From the IMG/VR virus record IMGVR_UViG_3300012593_000001: 64,000 nt of DNA; one strand, 5' to 3'. A program made the position numbers and the translations under genes. This DNA comes from a virus. The notes under the pieces were generated by a model. It ran no database searches and was not told where the DNA came from. It worked only from the letters and a program-made list of their open reading frames with translations. Shown here one piece after another: positions 32,901-41,795 of this stretch (within the stretch, counting starts at the first letter, position 1; each line of letters starts with the position of its first letter).

Positions 32901-33232
32901 TAGAAGCCTTCCCCGTTGTCCTTCTTAATATAGGAGTTGGTCACCAAGCGGTTAAGGTTTACGTAGCCTTGCTGGTTCATAGCCAAGATAGTTTGATGGA
33001 ACTTAGGCTTAGAGCCAGGGTTAGCCACGTAAGCCTCGAGGCCGAAGATAGGCTTAATGCCCGCCTTCTTGGCGGCTTGCTCGATTTGAACGTGAGACGA
33101 AACAGAGCCGTGCTCTGTAATCGCCATAGCCTTCATCCCCAGCTCTTTTACGCGGTCTACATGCTCTTGCGGGGAACCGTGGCCGTCTCCGGTAGAGAAG
33201 CTAGTATGGCCGTGCAGAGATACGAATTTCAT
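29975..33232 (-). CDS. dnaE: DNA polymerase III alpha subunit
   Basis: PHP domain LHGHTSFS/TEHG/DVHY; GPGRGSAAGS; PDIDTD; KLDCLGL; FQFEG; YLFNVAHA. Confidence 0.97.
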   Translation of the reverse strand: MKFVSLHGHTSFSTGDGHGSPQEHVDRVKELGMKAMAITEHGSVSSHVQIEQAAKKAGIKPIFGLEAYVANPGSKPKFHQTILAMNQQGYVNLNRLVTNSYIKKDNGEGFYMKPTVNLDSLFDKKKTEGLIILSGCASSMLACTIAGGKGLGEELTKEEIEKGAHWSNFAQAMELVDMYQETFGDRFYLEVQRFHDYHKTVAVNQVLERIWEKTQIPMVATADVHYPRFEDWDANQLANAIGWNTTVEALENGARKYDSKPGQTYPTSDKEMAKDLIKAGVSKRNAVQSVLNTKEVAKRCNVELPKTDPVRFSESNGTDEQAQKLLKQAIKDGIRYRCETDPRFKKRFKTRRKDYAQRIKKELKTILPKGFSDYFLINKQIIGWAKDNGIVVGPGRGSAAGSVICYLLRLTEVDPIEFPEMVFERFLDPGREDDPDIDTDYQDDRRNEVFDFARSVYGEANVGNIGNFSRYRGKSAVKAAAKALKIPASAANDFSEYISEAPFGDPREFLTAYDAEEAFPEAKEIADKYPSLRRAYKLEGDMRTLGIHAAGMVLSNRPISDTCAIYSKEKTNGDRAEVIAYDKRDAAYLKMLKLDCLGLSTMTIVSDVLEMLDGKLTLEELYALPRNDEKVLKGFAEDKLTGIFQFEGRATRTIVKQIFSNTDKIPTFMQLADMNALSRPGSLSSGMTAQYVRVERGEEPKSIHPLVDEILADSNGCLVYQEQVMKIGQAVGGLDDHEIGRLRKIIGAKQAGGAFDEFWKKFRDGAAEKHGMDEAMAREIWDYMAASASYLFNVAHAICYALVAYWTMYLKVYYPAEFYAACLRNAAKKGKTKGKADPQLIILQEAVKEGLSIYPPRPTLSRVSWWPNTTRTGVQAGFMQIPKVGPKVAERMNTIREENFDKVDPWVTWDFYVDKKIGFGAKAAETARELEAKSDPFDIGLTSDAVATVLEAINNGETGLDMPDATAETIPSQSGETVTYVGHVITVKRIDVIGEMRKRDNLTTEEVLEKLKHPEKATKAKIICTDQTGGEVHVNISRFDYPKLKSEIDEIDEDKTFVIHTIGNASSDFGPAIQGSTLTAIELES

Positions 33233-33936
33233 TACCATTCCTTATTTGCGATGTATTCCTTGGCATCTTCCGCGGTGCCAGTGAATACGCAGCGGTAAAC
33301 CTTTACCTCGTCAACCCACTGATAGATGACGATATCATCGTTCTGGCTAAAAGACATAATCTCTACGTCAACATCTCCCTTGCGGAAGGTGGCCTTCTTG
33401 AGATTATTATCCGAGGAATCGAGGTGAGCCTTGTAAACAGAGTCAACGAGCGATTGCAGGGTCTTAATCATAGCTTGTCCTTGTACATAGTGTTGATGAA
33501 GTTGTGAACCTTAGGCCAGACGCTCTCCAGCGTGCCGTGGCCGATACAGTAGAAGAATTTTCCGTTAGTCTGTGCCAGAGCGCTAAGGTTGCCTTCCTCG
33601 TCCTTAAAGAAGGTGAAGGTCAACCCGCGGGTTTGTACCTTCTGAGCCTTGCCGGTTACCCATGTAACTCGAAGGGAGTCAAACACCTTACGCGGCTTTG
33701 GTCTATTACTTTTCATAGGAATCTCCGTTAATAATCTTGATGATTTGCAGTTCGTCTCCTTTTTGCGGCTTCTCGAGGCTTCCTCCGCCTACTGCGAAGA
33801 CCTTATTTCCGCTCTTGTCTTTGCCTCGCTTAAAGCGGTAGGTCTTACCTCTTAGCTCGAGAGAGGCGGAATCTCCTACCTTCATCTCGTTCTGGAGATA
33901 CTGAAAGAGGCTACGGAATTCAACCTTGTTTCGCAT
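33232..33936 (-). CDS. Three small hypothetical genes (33706-33936, 33468-33716, 33232-33471)
   Basis: Overlapping start/stop codons. Upstream promoter TTGCAG-N17-TATCTT and GAAAGGA RBS before ATG 33936. Confidence 0.7.
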
Positions 33937-33998
33937 CTTTTTCCTTTCGTTTTGGTGTGCTCTAAAGATAACACTCAATCGCAGAAACTGCAAATTGA

Positions 33999-34029
33999 CA
34001 AAAATATAGCCCCCTAATTGGGGGCTATA
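33999..34029 (-). terminator. Terminator of the tRNA transcript
   Basis: TATAGCCCCC / GGGGGCTATA then TTTTT on the minus strand. Confidence 0.85.
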
Positions 34030-34102
34030 CCGATGCAAAAACAGAAATAGAAAGGTGAAGGACTTACGGAAAAGGAAGGAAAAGAAAACCATAAGTCCTT
34101 CG
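34000..34102 (-). ncRNA. Putative tRNA-trailer sRNA with anti-leader loop
   Basis: 13-bp stem (34057-34069 / 34089-34101) with loop UUUUCUUUUCCUUCCUUUU, bounded by the tRNA-Gln 3' end and the terminator. Confidence 0.55.
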
Positions 34103-34173
34103 CTCCCTCGCATGGACTCGAACCACAACTACCAGAGCCAAAATCTGGGGTGCTGCCATTACACCACAAGGGA
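34103..34173 (-). tRNA. tRNA-Gln(UUG)
   Basis: Acceptor TCCCTTG/CGAGGGA; anticodon arm CCAGA-TTTTGGC-TCTGG; T loop TTCGAGT; CCA not encoded. Confidence 0.93.
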
Positions 34174-34174
34174 A

Positions 34175-34341
34175 GGTGGGTAGGAGGATTGCATTTCACC
34201 TCCAAGGGCTGCTTGCGGTCTCATCTGTAAGTACCGCACCCTGCCAACCGCATGTCTGGCCGCTAAGCCAAGCCCCCGCTAAGGGACGGTTGCACAATCT
34301 TCGAGCCCCGCAAGCGCGGCTCTTTTGTTCTGTCATACCCC
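34175..34341 (-). ncRNA. Putative structured ncRNA between the tRNAs
   Basis: Terminal GGGTA/TACCC pairing with ACC tail; five internal helices; repeated CUUAGCGG hairpin caps. Confidence 0.55.
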
Positions 34342-34366
34342 AGCTCAGCCCGTCGGCCTCGCTGTG

Positions 34367-34440
<74 letters not shown>

Positions 34441-34485
34441 AAGTGCGTACACCCCTGTACGCAAATGAGGGGGAAGGAACCCTCG

Positions 34486-34527
34486 TGCCCTTCCGAGAAT
34501 CGAACTCGGAATTAACACCAGTAGGGC
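34486..34527 (-). ncRNA. Mini-tRNA-like element (acceptor + T arm only)
   Basis: GCCCTAC-TGGTGTTAATT-CCGAG-TTCGATT-CTCGG-AAGGGC-A. Confidence 0.6.
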
Positions 34528-34537
34528 TTGCGGATAT

Positions 34538-34567
34538 AGTATAAGCACATCCGCTAATGCTTGTCAA
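34538..34567 (-). promoter_or_regulatory. Sigma-A promoter of the tRNA cluster
   Basis: TTGACA-N18-TATACT. Confidence 0.8.
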
Positions 34568-34570
34568 GTT

Positions 34571-34855
34571 TTAGAAATCCCACAGGTCATCGCTGCCGTT
34601 AAGGGCATCCATGAGCATATCAGGATTGTCACCGGAAATAAACTGCTCATCTCCGGTAGTAGAGACAATTCGGTAGCAAGGAGCGGACATAACGCCGTTC
34701 TCAGCCAAGAAGCTCTTGTTTTCGATGGCAGAGAAGGTCTCAAACTTAGCGTCAGGATTCTTCTCTACCCACTTATCGAAGACCTTGCGCATCTTAATGC
34801 AGTTAGGACAGCGGGGCTTCTCATAGATTTCGATGGAGTGAATATTATTCTTCAT
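34571..34855 (-). CDS. nrdH: NrdH-like glutaredoxin
   Basis: IYEKPRCPNC CxxC and GVMSAP cis-Pro loop. Confidence 0.8.
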   Translation of the reverse strand: MKNNIHSIEIYEKPRCPNCIKMRKVFDKWVEKNPDAKFETFSAIENKSFLAENGVMSAPCYRIVSTTGDEQFISGDNPDMLMDALNGSDDLWDF

Positions 34856-35534
34856 CGTCATCATCCCCTAGAAGGTCATCGAGGTCATCATCGTCATCAT
34901 CATCTGCATCATTTGCATCGTCGAGGCCTTCGACATCATCGCCATCGTCATCGAGACCCTCGACTACCTCGTCGTTATCTGCCTCATCGTCCTTCTGCTG
35001 GTCATCGACATCTACGATGTAGCGGACGTTAACGAAAGGCTCAGAGCCGTTAGGGTTGTCGCGGTTGATGGTCTGTACCTCGATAACCATACCCTCCTTG
35101 AGCTTCCACTTACCGATAGACTTGATAGGCTGGCCTACCTTGTCCTCATCGTCGGTAATAACCTTACCCTTGGTAGCTGCCTCGTAGAACTCGGCAAAGC
35201 CGAACTTGCCACCAGAGGTGTTGCGGAAGAAGGAGTCGATGCTGGAGACCTGAATTGGGAAGGCCTTAGAGGTCTCATCATTCGGAAGCATCATCGTGTG
35301 GAAGATGCCCGCGCCGTTGTATTCCTTCTTGTCCCCGGTCTCCTTGATAACAAAGAGAGCCTTGAACATATCGTCACCCTTCTTAGACTGGGTGAGCCAA
35401 AGCTTCTTAACCTCTACGTGGTAGCGGTCTGGCGGCGGGGTAGGGCCAGTGTAGCGGCCACCCTTGCTAGCTTCGGATAGTGCATTGTTGATGTCATCAT
35501 TCGAGACACGTGCGAGACTGAGCTTCATACCCAT
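34845..35534 (-). CDS. ssDNA-binding protein-like (acidic tail)
   Basis: YTGPTPPPDRYHVEVKK..KGDDMFK N-terminus; very acidic C-terminus; follows the AAA ATPase. Confidence 0.6.
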   Translation of the reverse strand: MGMKLSLARVSNDDINNALSEASKGGRYTGPTPPPDRYHVEVKKLWLTQSKKGDDMFKALFVIKETGDKKEYNGAGIFHTMMLPNDETSKAFPIQVSSIDSFFRNTSGGKFGFAEFYEAATKGKVITDDEDKVGQPIKSIGKWKLKEGMVIEVQTINRDNPNGSEPFVNVRYIVDVDDQQKDDEADNDEVVEGLDDDGDDVEGLDDANDADDDDDDDLDDLLGDDDDEE

Positions 35535-35537
35535 GAT

Positions 35538-36302
35538 TTACTTCTCTTCTTTCTTCTTCTTTTCGGATACTTCTTCGACGTTTCCTGCTAGTAGCTTCTC
35601 ACTAAGCTTAGCCAAAGTCAAATTGGCTAGTGGCTTACTAAAGAGGCTAAAGCGGTCCTTACCAAAGGCCTCAGGGGTCTTAAAGAACTGGAAACGACGA
35701 TACAGCTTATCCTTACTCTTTGCAACTGAGAGATAGCCTACGAGGTCCATTTGAGCGCAAGCCCAAGCGGACAGGCCACCCTTTTGACCATGCAGCATAG
35801 GCATCTGGAACTCGTTAGATTCCTCGTCGGTATGCAGCTCTGCCAGAGAGGTGTACAGGATGTTGGCATCAGAGCCGTTCAGGCGCTCTACCACAGACTT
35901 CATGCGCATCTGTGCCTCGCCGTACTCCTGTAGCTCGCGCTTATAAGGGGAGCGGTTAGGGTTGCTGCGAACCGCCTTATCGAGGATATCGGTCCAGATG
36001 AGGTCCTGCATCTTGGTCAGAGAGTCGATGATAACCCAGTCAAACCGCTCAGGCTCGTCACAGACAGCCTGTACTACCTCGAGCAGCTGTTCCCAGCTCT
36101 CGATATTGATGATGTTGACGTGAGAGCCAGCACGAGCGGTAGAAACGGTGCCGTGCTCGATAGCGACAATTAGGTCATTCTTTCCCTTGTCGCGGCCAGA
36201 GCCAGCGAAGTACGTCTTACCCGCGCCAGAGTCGCCGTAGATGAGAGCGTTTACGGACTCTACCGTATCGACCGCGGGTTGTGCGGTGTCTAGAATAGAC
36301 AT
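35538..36302 (-). CDS. AAA_24 / Sak4-like ATPase
   Basis: LIYGDSGAGKT, VIIDSLT and MDLVGYL. Confidence 0.85.
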   Translation of the reverse strand: MSILDTAQPAVDTVESVNALIYGDSGAGKTYFAGSGRDKGKNDLIVAIEHGTVSTARAGSHVNIINIESWEQLLEVVQAVCDEPERFDWVIIDSLTKMQDLIWTDILDKAVRSNPNRSPYKRELQEYGEAQMRMKSVVERLNGSDANILYTSLAELHTDEESNEFQMPMLHGQKGGLSAWACAQMDLVGYLSVAKSKDKLYRRFQFFKTPEAFGKDRFSLFSKPLANLTLAKLSEKLLAGNVEEVSEKKKKEEK

Positions 36303-36815
36303 TACTTTTCCTTTTCCTTCAAATAAAATTGGCCGGACATCAAAGTAAGTTCAGCCTTGGTAACGTTTTCAAAGACCGGCTGGTCTTCATCGACCACAAG
36401 CTCTAAGCCTTGGTCGCGGAGAAAGTCTAGTACGTCACCGTAAAATTCTTTTTCAGTCTTTGGGAGGTAGTCCCCCAGAGCTTCTTTATGCGTAGCAATG
36501 GGGTGTACTGTCCCGCTAAAGGTGAGGTAGCGGTAGAACTGTACCCTCCCATCTGGAAGAGGCTTTGTTACAGGCACTCTTTCCAGATTAGCGAGGATAA
36601 CAGCCATTTTAAGCTACAACCTTAGCTTCCTTGATGATGATTTCACCCTTGCCGTCAATGGTGCCGTCGTTCTTCAGCTGGTTAACAACAGCGGAGATAG
36701 CGCGGGTAGCGTTAGAAGCCTTGACGCGGACAACGGTTGGCTCGATGGTTGCAACCTCTGCCGGGGTCTTGTCTGCTTCTGCGGAACGGAGGGTGTAAGA
36801 TACTGCGTAAGCCAT
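36302..36815 (-). CDS. Two small hypothetical genes (36609-36815, 36302-36607)
   Basis: Tightly packed, co-oriented. Confidence 0.7.
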
Positions 36816-36819
36816 TTGC

Positions 36820-37926
36820 TTAAGCCTTTCTGTGTGATTCGTACGGGTCCCAGTTAGTGTACGACATTTCTACCATCTCTGTCCAATCCTTACCAGATTC
36901 ATCTAGTTCGCATATTGGATTAAAGGGGCAGAAACCGCACTCCCTCGTGGGAGACTTGGTAGCCGGAAGCACATCATTTCTGACGATACTCATAGCTGCC
37001 AAATCATTTTGGATTCTTTCAATCTGAGAGCGACGCTGATTCAAAGAGCGATAGACAGTGACTCTCTCAAACATCGGACTCGGCTGGCTTGCGGAAACTT
37101 CTCCGAAAACCTCGATGCCGTGTTCCGATGCAATAGACTCTAACTCACTCACCTTTTTCTTGTCAAGTTTTTCAATTCCGAGGTGAGAAAGAGCCTGTAC
37201 ATAGTGCTTTTTCAGCGGCTTGTTGGTGGCGTATCCTTCGGCGTTTTTAGGCCTAGAATCAGGCATCTTCTTCACCAAGTAGTTGTAGACGATGCCGTCG
37301 ATGTGCTCATCCTTGCCAATAAGACCCTGTTTGCGCAGCGTGTAGTCCGCTACAGCCCAGTACGAGCCCGCTTGGTCATCAAGAGGCAGATATTGAGTAT
37401 TAGAAGACCCCAAAGCACGAGCGGTCTTGTGGTCCCAGAGGAAGATTTTGCCTCGCTTGTGGTCACGAACTACCAGGTCAAAGGTGCCAACGTACTTGGC
37501 CTTTTCCTTCTTCTTTCCTTCTGGGGTAACCCCTTCGTACGGAACAGATACTTGGAACGTCTGTTCAGCAGAAATAACCTCGAGGTGGTCTTCTTCGCCG
37601 TACTCTTTGACGTACTCTCTAAGCATCGCTTCTCCGAGCTCTTGTGCCTGTACAGCCTTCTCGAAGTCTCCGCCTTCGTAAGTGTTAATGAAGGTAGAGT
37701 CAGCCTGAGACTTAAGACAGTAATCAGTCCACGTCTCTACAGGGTCTACCCCGCGGTCTTTGCCGGGCTTATACCAATGCTCGAGTGCTAGGTGGATTCC
37801 TGTACCGAACCACAAAGCAGGGGCATCAGAGCCCTTAGGCTTAAGGCGGTCTTGATACTCGCGCTCCCAAGCCCACTGGCACTTCTTAAACAAGTTTCGC
37901 TCAGATGTTCTAAGCATTACTTCCAT
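36820..37926 (-). CDS. Cas4/RecB-like PD-(D/E)XK exonuclease
   Basis: N-terminal Cys, GTGIH, GTFDLV..WDHKT, C-terminal CxxCxxxxxC. Confidence 0.88.
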   Translation of the reverse strand: MEVMLRTSERNLFKKCQWAWEREYQDRLKPKGSDAPALWFGTGIHLALEHWYKPGKDRGVDPVETWTDYCLKSQADSTFINTYEGGDFEKAVQAQELGEAMLREYVKEYGEEDHLEVISAEQTFQVSVPYEGVTPEGKKKEKAKYVGTFDLVVRDHKRGKIFLWDHKTARALGSSNTQYLPLDDQAGSYWAVADYTLRKQGLIGKDEHIDGIVYNYLVKKMPDSRPKNAEGYATNKPLKKHYVQALSHLGIEKLDKKKVSELESIASEHGIEVFGEVSASQPSPMFERVTVYRSLNQRRSQIERIQNDLAAMSIVRNDVLPATKSPTRECGFCPFNPICELDESGKDWTEMVEMSYTNWDPYESHRKA

Positions 37927-38212
37927 TTTGAATCTCCTTTATATCCTTTTCGTTGGGGTTTCGACCCATAGCCAAGTCCTCAATAACTCTCTGACCAGCG
38001 GGAGTATCGAACTTACTCATAGCTAGAGGCCACGTGGTATCCAGGTGAGAAAAATCGAAATCATCTTCGACATATCTCACACCATCAGGGTCGATAAGTG
38101 CATCGTTTCCTGCCTTTTCTGCTAACTGCCTAAGCATAACGAGAAGGCTTTTACACATTACTGCTGTCTGCCTATCCAATGATTTTCCTTGCGAACTCGA
38201 TGCCTCGCTCAC
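37910..38212 (-). CDS. Hypothetical protein (start probably internal)
   Basis: Fills the gap between helicase and exonuclease. Confidence 0.55.
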   Translation of the reverse strand: MSEASSSQGKSLDRQTAVMCKSLLVMLRQLAEKAGNDALIDPDGVRYVEDDFDFSHLDTTWPLAMSKFDTPAGQRVIEDLAMGRNPNEKDIKEIQNGSNA

Positions 38213-40121
38213 CGTCTAGAAGCTGCTTCTGCAAACTATCGCGGCTGAAGGTGAGCTTAGCGATTCTCTCTTCAATTGTACCAAGAGAGCGGACATAATG
38301 CACCGTGACGTTGTGGTCACGAGAAACGCGGTGTACACGGTCTTCTACCTGTTCTTGGTCATCTGGAATAAATGTCTCATCCAAAATCACAATGTCATCT
38401 GCCCGGTCAAGCGTCAAAGACACACCACCGGCGATGGTGTTGAGCAGGAAGACCCTAGGCCCGCTGTCTTGCTGGAAGCTTTTTACGGCTTCCTCGCGCT
38501 TCTTAGCTGAGACTTTACCTGTAATCTTCGCGGTGTCAATGCCCTTCTTCTTCAATGCCTCGTCAAAGATATCGATGACAGAGGTGAATTGGCTGGCGAT
38601 GACCACCTTGTTTGTCTCAGGCCCCGGAGTGTATTTCTCCTTGTCGATACCGAGCTCTTCAAGGAATTCCAGTAGCCAGTTGAACTTGTTTGAAGGGAAA
38701 CCCGGCCTAAAGACAGGAATCTCATAGCCATCCGAATCCAACTGAGTCTCTAAGGTGCCGTAGCACGAGGCGAACTGCTTAAGGCGCGTCATTTCCGCGA
38801 GCACACCATTAGCCACAAGCGTGCCGTTATCAAGGTTGGCGATGGCCTCGTCAACCATCTGATGATAAGCCCGCTTCTGCTTCGGTTCCATCTCGAGCCA
38901 GTGACCAATAAGAGCCTTGTCTTGGCCCGGCTCAGGCTCAACGCCAGGCGGAATAGAGCCAGCGTAGACCTTAGGCGGCAAATCAGGGGCAATCTCGCTC
39001 TTGGTCCTGCGTAGCGTGAAGTGGCTGAAAGACTCATGGAAACGCTTCGAGGTGGACTTATCCATCTTGTGAATCTCAGTACCACCAAAGTAGCCAGAGG
39101 ATGTGTTAAACCAGCGGTCAACCCACGGCCAGTAGGACTTATACTTGTCTGGCATAAGCCAGTTCAGAGTGCCCCAGAGGTTCTCAGGCTTGCCGCGGAA
39201 CGGCGTACCGGAGATAGCAATCCTCTTGCCGCCTTCGACGGTCTTGAGCTTGCCTAGGCCCGCTCTCGTCTGCGTTTGCTTGTAGGCCTGAGTCTTATTG
39301 GTGATAAGCGCACGGTGAGACTCGTCTACTGCGATAGCGGACCATTCCTTCTTCTTGCCCTTTTGGGCCTTAGATTCCTTGTTGGGGTTGATGAAGAAAA
39401 GCTCGGGGTAGATGTACTCGTACCAGCCCTTCTTCATGTTCACCGTTGGCTTGTGGTACTTCACCTTAGCCATCTCGATATTGCACAAAACCCAGCGGCG
39501 CTTAGCACGACTCTTCTTCTTGAGCTTGGCGAGCTCTGCTTCTCTCTGCTTGCGCGTGCCGGTTGCACAGACAATTTCGTCATCTGGTGCCCAGCGGGAA
39601 ATCTCAGCGGGCCAGGTGACTTGAATAGCCGCGGAAGGGGCTAAAACCAAGATATCTCCCGAAATACCAGCGGAAACCATTGTTGCAATCGTCATAAGCG
39701 ACTTGCCCGCTCCTGGGCTGTCGGCAAGCAAAGTAGCCTGATTAATCGACATGAACTTAACTCCGGCTCTCTGGTAAGAGCGCATAGCCTTAGCCGTCTC
39801 AGGTGCTTCTTTCTTTAGAAGCTCAGAGATTTCTGCGTCAGAGTCCGCTCGAGTAAGCCCTTTAGCGGCACTCACCCGCTGCTTAAGCTTCTTAGTGGCT
39901 ACCTTAAATTCCTTGGTGGCCTTAGTTTCGTCTCCAACTCGCTTGGCGTGCTTGTACACCTTCTTGATGAGGGAGAGCTCGAAAGGCAAGCGGTAGACGT
40001 TAAAGTCTTCCCACTGCCCTCCGAGGTCGTGCATCACCCGCTCGGTAGCTGGAGATTTATTATTCCAGCTAACTAGCATGACATCCCGCGAGGTGTCAAC
40101 GTCCAGGGTGAAATTAAACAT
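38172..40121 (-). CDS. SNF2-like SF2 helicase
   Basis: LADSPGAGKS, VDESH, SGTP and QVEDRVHRV. Confidence 0.92.
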   Translation of the reverse strand: MFNFTLDVDTSRDVMLVSWNNKSPATERVMHDLGGQWEDFNVYRLPFELSLIKKVYKHAKRVGDETKATKEFKVATKKLKQRVSAAKGLTRADSDAEISELLKKEAPETAKAMRSYQRAGVKFMSINQATLLADSPGAGKSLMTIATMVSAGISGDILVLAPSAAIQVTWPAEISRWAPDDEIVCATGTRKQREAELAKLKKKSRAKRRWVLCNIEMAKVKYHKPTVNMKKGWYEYIYPELFFINPNKESKAQKGKKKEWSAIAVDESHRALITNKTQAYKQTQTRAGLGKLKTVEGGKRIAISGTPFRGKPENLWGTLNWLMPDKYKSYWPWVDRWFNTSSGYFGGTEIHKMDKSTSKRFHESFSHFTLRRTKSEIAPDLPPKVYAGSIPPGVEPEPGQDKALIGHWLEMEPKQKRAYHQMVDEAIANLDNGTLVANGVLAEMTRLKQFASCYGTLETQLDSDGYEIPVFRPGFPSNKFNWLLEFLEELGIDKEKYTPGPETNKVVIASQFTSVIDIFDEALKKKGIDTAKITGKVSAKKREEAVKSFQQDSGPRVFLLNTIAGGVSLTLDRADDIVILDETFIPDDQEQVEDRVHRVSRDHNVTVHYVRSLGTIEERIAKLTFSRDSLQKQLLDGERGIEFARKIIG

Positions 40122-41087
40122 TTAGAAATCCCAATCGTCATCCGTAGTCTCTTCGGCCTCTCCAATCACGTAAGAAGAGCCAGAGCCAGAGAAGAAGTCG
40201 TGCGTCTCGTTGGTATCCAAAGACATCGAGGACAAGATGGTGGCCTTTACTCGAGTCTCGCTAGGTGCAAAGAGCTTTTCGAGGCCAAGGTTGCTCATCG
40301 CCTTATTGGCGTTGTAGCGCAGGTAGGTCTTCACGTCCTCAGTCCAACCGATAGGGTCGTAGAGGTTCTGAGTGTAGATAATCTCGTTCTCGTAGAGCTG
40401 AAGAGCCAGAGAAGAAATATCTGCCTCGAGCTTAATCTTCTCCCAGTCGGTAAGCTCATTGAAGCTCTTCTGGAACTTGTAACCGATGTAGTACCCGTGG
40501 ACACCCTCGTCTCGCAGAATGAGGCGAATAATATCCGCGGTGTTGGTCAACTTACCGTTGGCGGCAAAGTTGAACGGAAGGAAAAAGCCAGAGTAGAACA
40601 GGAAGGACTCTAGTAGCACAGACGCTGCCTTCATACGCAGACCGTAGGGGTCTTCGGGGCCTTGGTTGTACCAGTCCAAGATGATGTGAGCCTTACGCTG
40701 CAAGGTCTCATCGTTCTTAACCCAATCAAAGACGTACTCAATCTGCTCAGAAGAGCACAGAGTGGAGAAGATAGAGCTATAAGAACGAGCGTGAATAGAC
40801 TCCATGCCGCCGATGAAGGTGTAGTTAGCTTCCTCATGCGGAGTCAGAGCGTACTCAATCATCTTCTGAGCGCCTACAGTGCCCTGAATAGTGTCTAGTA
40901 GGGTAAGACCACCAAAGACCTTCATCGTCGCGTCCTGCTCGCTCTGAGACAGCGAATTCCACGTCTTAATGTCGTTCGACAGAGCTACCTTCTCAGGCAA
41001 CCAGAAATTCGAGGTCATTCGGTTCCATACCTCGAGGTCTACAGGGTCGTTAATCTTGTTCCAGTTGACGGCTTCGATGTTACGCAT
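40122..41087 (-). CDS. nrdF: Ribonucleotide reductase class Ib beta subunit
   Basis: NFWLPEKV, LDTIQ, MESIHARSY, ESFLFYSGF, RDEGVH and HDFFSGSGSSY. Confidence 0.97.
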   Translation of the reverse strand: MRNIEAVNWNKINDPVDLEVWNRMTSNFWLPEKVALSNDIKTWNSLSQSEQDATMKVFGGLTLLDTIQGTVGAQKMIEYALTPHEEANYTFIGGMESIHARSYSSIFSTLCSSEQIEYVFDWVKNDETLQRKAHIILDWYNQGPEDPYGLRMKAASVLLESFLFYSGFFLPFNFAANGKLTNTADIIRLILRDEGVHGYYIGYKFQKSFNELTDWEKIKLEADISSLALQLYENEIIYTQNLYDPIGWTEDVKTYLRYNANKAMSNLGLEKLFAPSETRVKATILSSMSLDTNETHDFFSGSGSSYVIGEAEETTDDDWDF

Positions 41088-41781
41088 TGTCTTCCTTTTC
41101 TTCGGTCTCGTCTTCTACAGGTTCTGGGGTTTCGGCTTCAGCTTCGGCTTCAGCCTCTTGCTCGCGGAGAAGCTCAGCTCGAACCTCTTCGCGGATGCGC
41201 TCGCGCTCTTCTTCCTTGCGCTTCTCTTCTGCGGCTTCCTCTTCTTGTCTACGTTTTTCTTCTTCTGCTTCCCTTTCTTTCTTTTCAGCCTCTTCTCGCT
41301 CGAGACGCTCTTGCTCCTGCTTCTTATACAGCTCTTCTTCCTCCTTGGCCTTCTTCATCGCCTCACGTCGAATGTAGTGGTTTTCCACAATCTCAGTGTT
41401 CAGCACGTTAAAGAAGTTGTCGTACGAGCGCAGGAGGATGTGCTCAGGGGTGCCTTGTATAGCGAAAGCGTAGTGGAGAGCTTGACCAAGAAGAGAGATA
41501 ACCTCGATATTTGTCAGCTCAGCACCGTTAATGCTGTAGGTCCATTCTTCCTTGTTGGGGTCGATATCAAAGTCGATGGTGACCTCTTCGATATCGTCAA
41601 GAAGAACAGACTCATCGGGGGTATCCATAGCCATAACGGCGATGGTCTTGTCCATAGCGTCTTTCCGCTGGTCATAGTCCATATGCTCAAACTGGAGAGC
41701 AAGATACTCCAGAGAGCAGGTCATAACGTCAATGACTTCGCCGTCAGTCGTGACGTTATCTTTCGTTTTGGTGATGCGCAT
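41080..41781 (-). CDS. Hypothetical acidic protein with charged coiled-coil, between nrdE and nrdF
   Basis: GGAAGGAG RBS; E/K/R-rich C-terminal half. Confidence 0.75.
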   Translation of the reverse strand: MRITKTKDNVTTDGEVIDVMTCSLEYLALQFEHMDYDQRKDAMDKTIAVMAMDTPDESVLLDDIEEVTIDFDIDPNKEEWTYSINGAELTNIEVISLLGQALHYAFAIQGTPEHILLRSYDNFFNVLNTEIVENHYIRREAMKKAKEEEELYKKQEQERLEREEAEKKEREAEEEKRRQEEEAAEEKRKEEERERIREEVRAELLREQEAEAEAEAETPEPVEDETEEKEDNA

Positions 41782-41795
41782 AGCGCTCCTTCCAT

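Noticed and set aside
33937..34205. ORF-track extensions across the tRNA-Gln region
   Set aside because: They overlap a tRNA, terminator and promoter; the real start is ATG 33936.
34175..34341. tmRNA or SRP RNA
   Set aside because: Too short for tmRNA, with no G3-U70 pair, canonical T loop or tag ORF. The CAGG..AGCAG resemblance to SRP lacks the GNRA-capped helix geometry.
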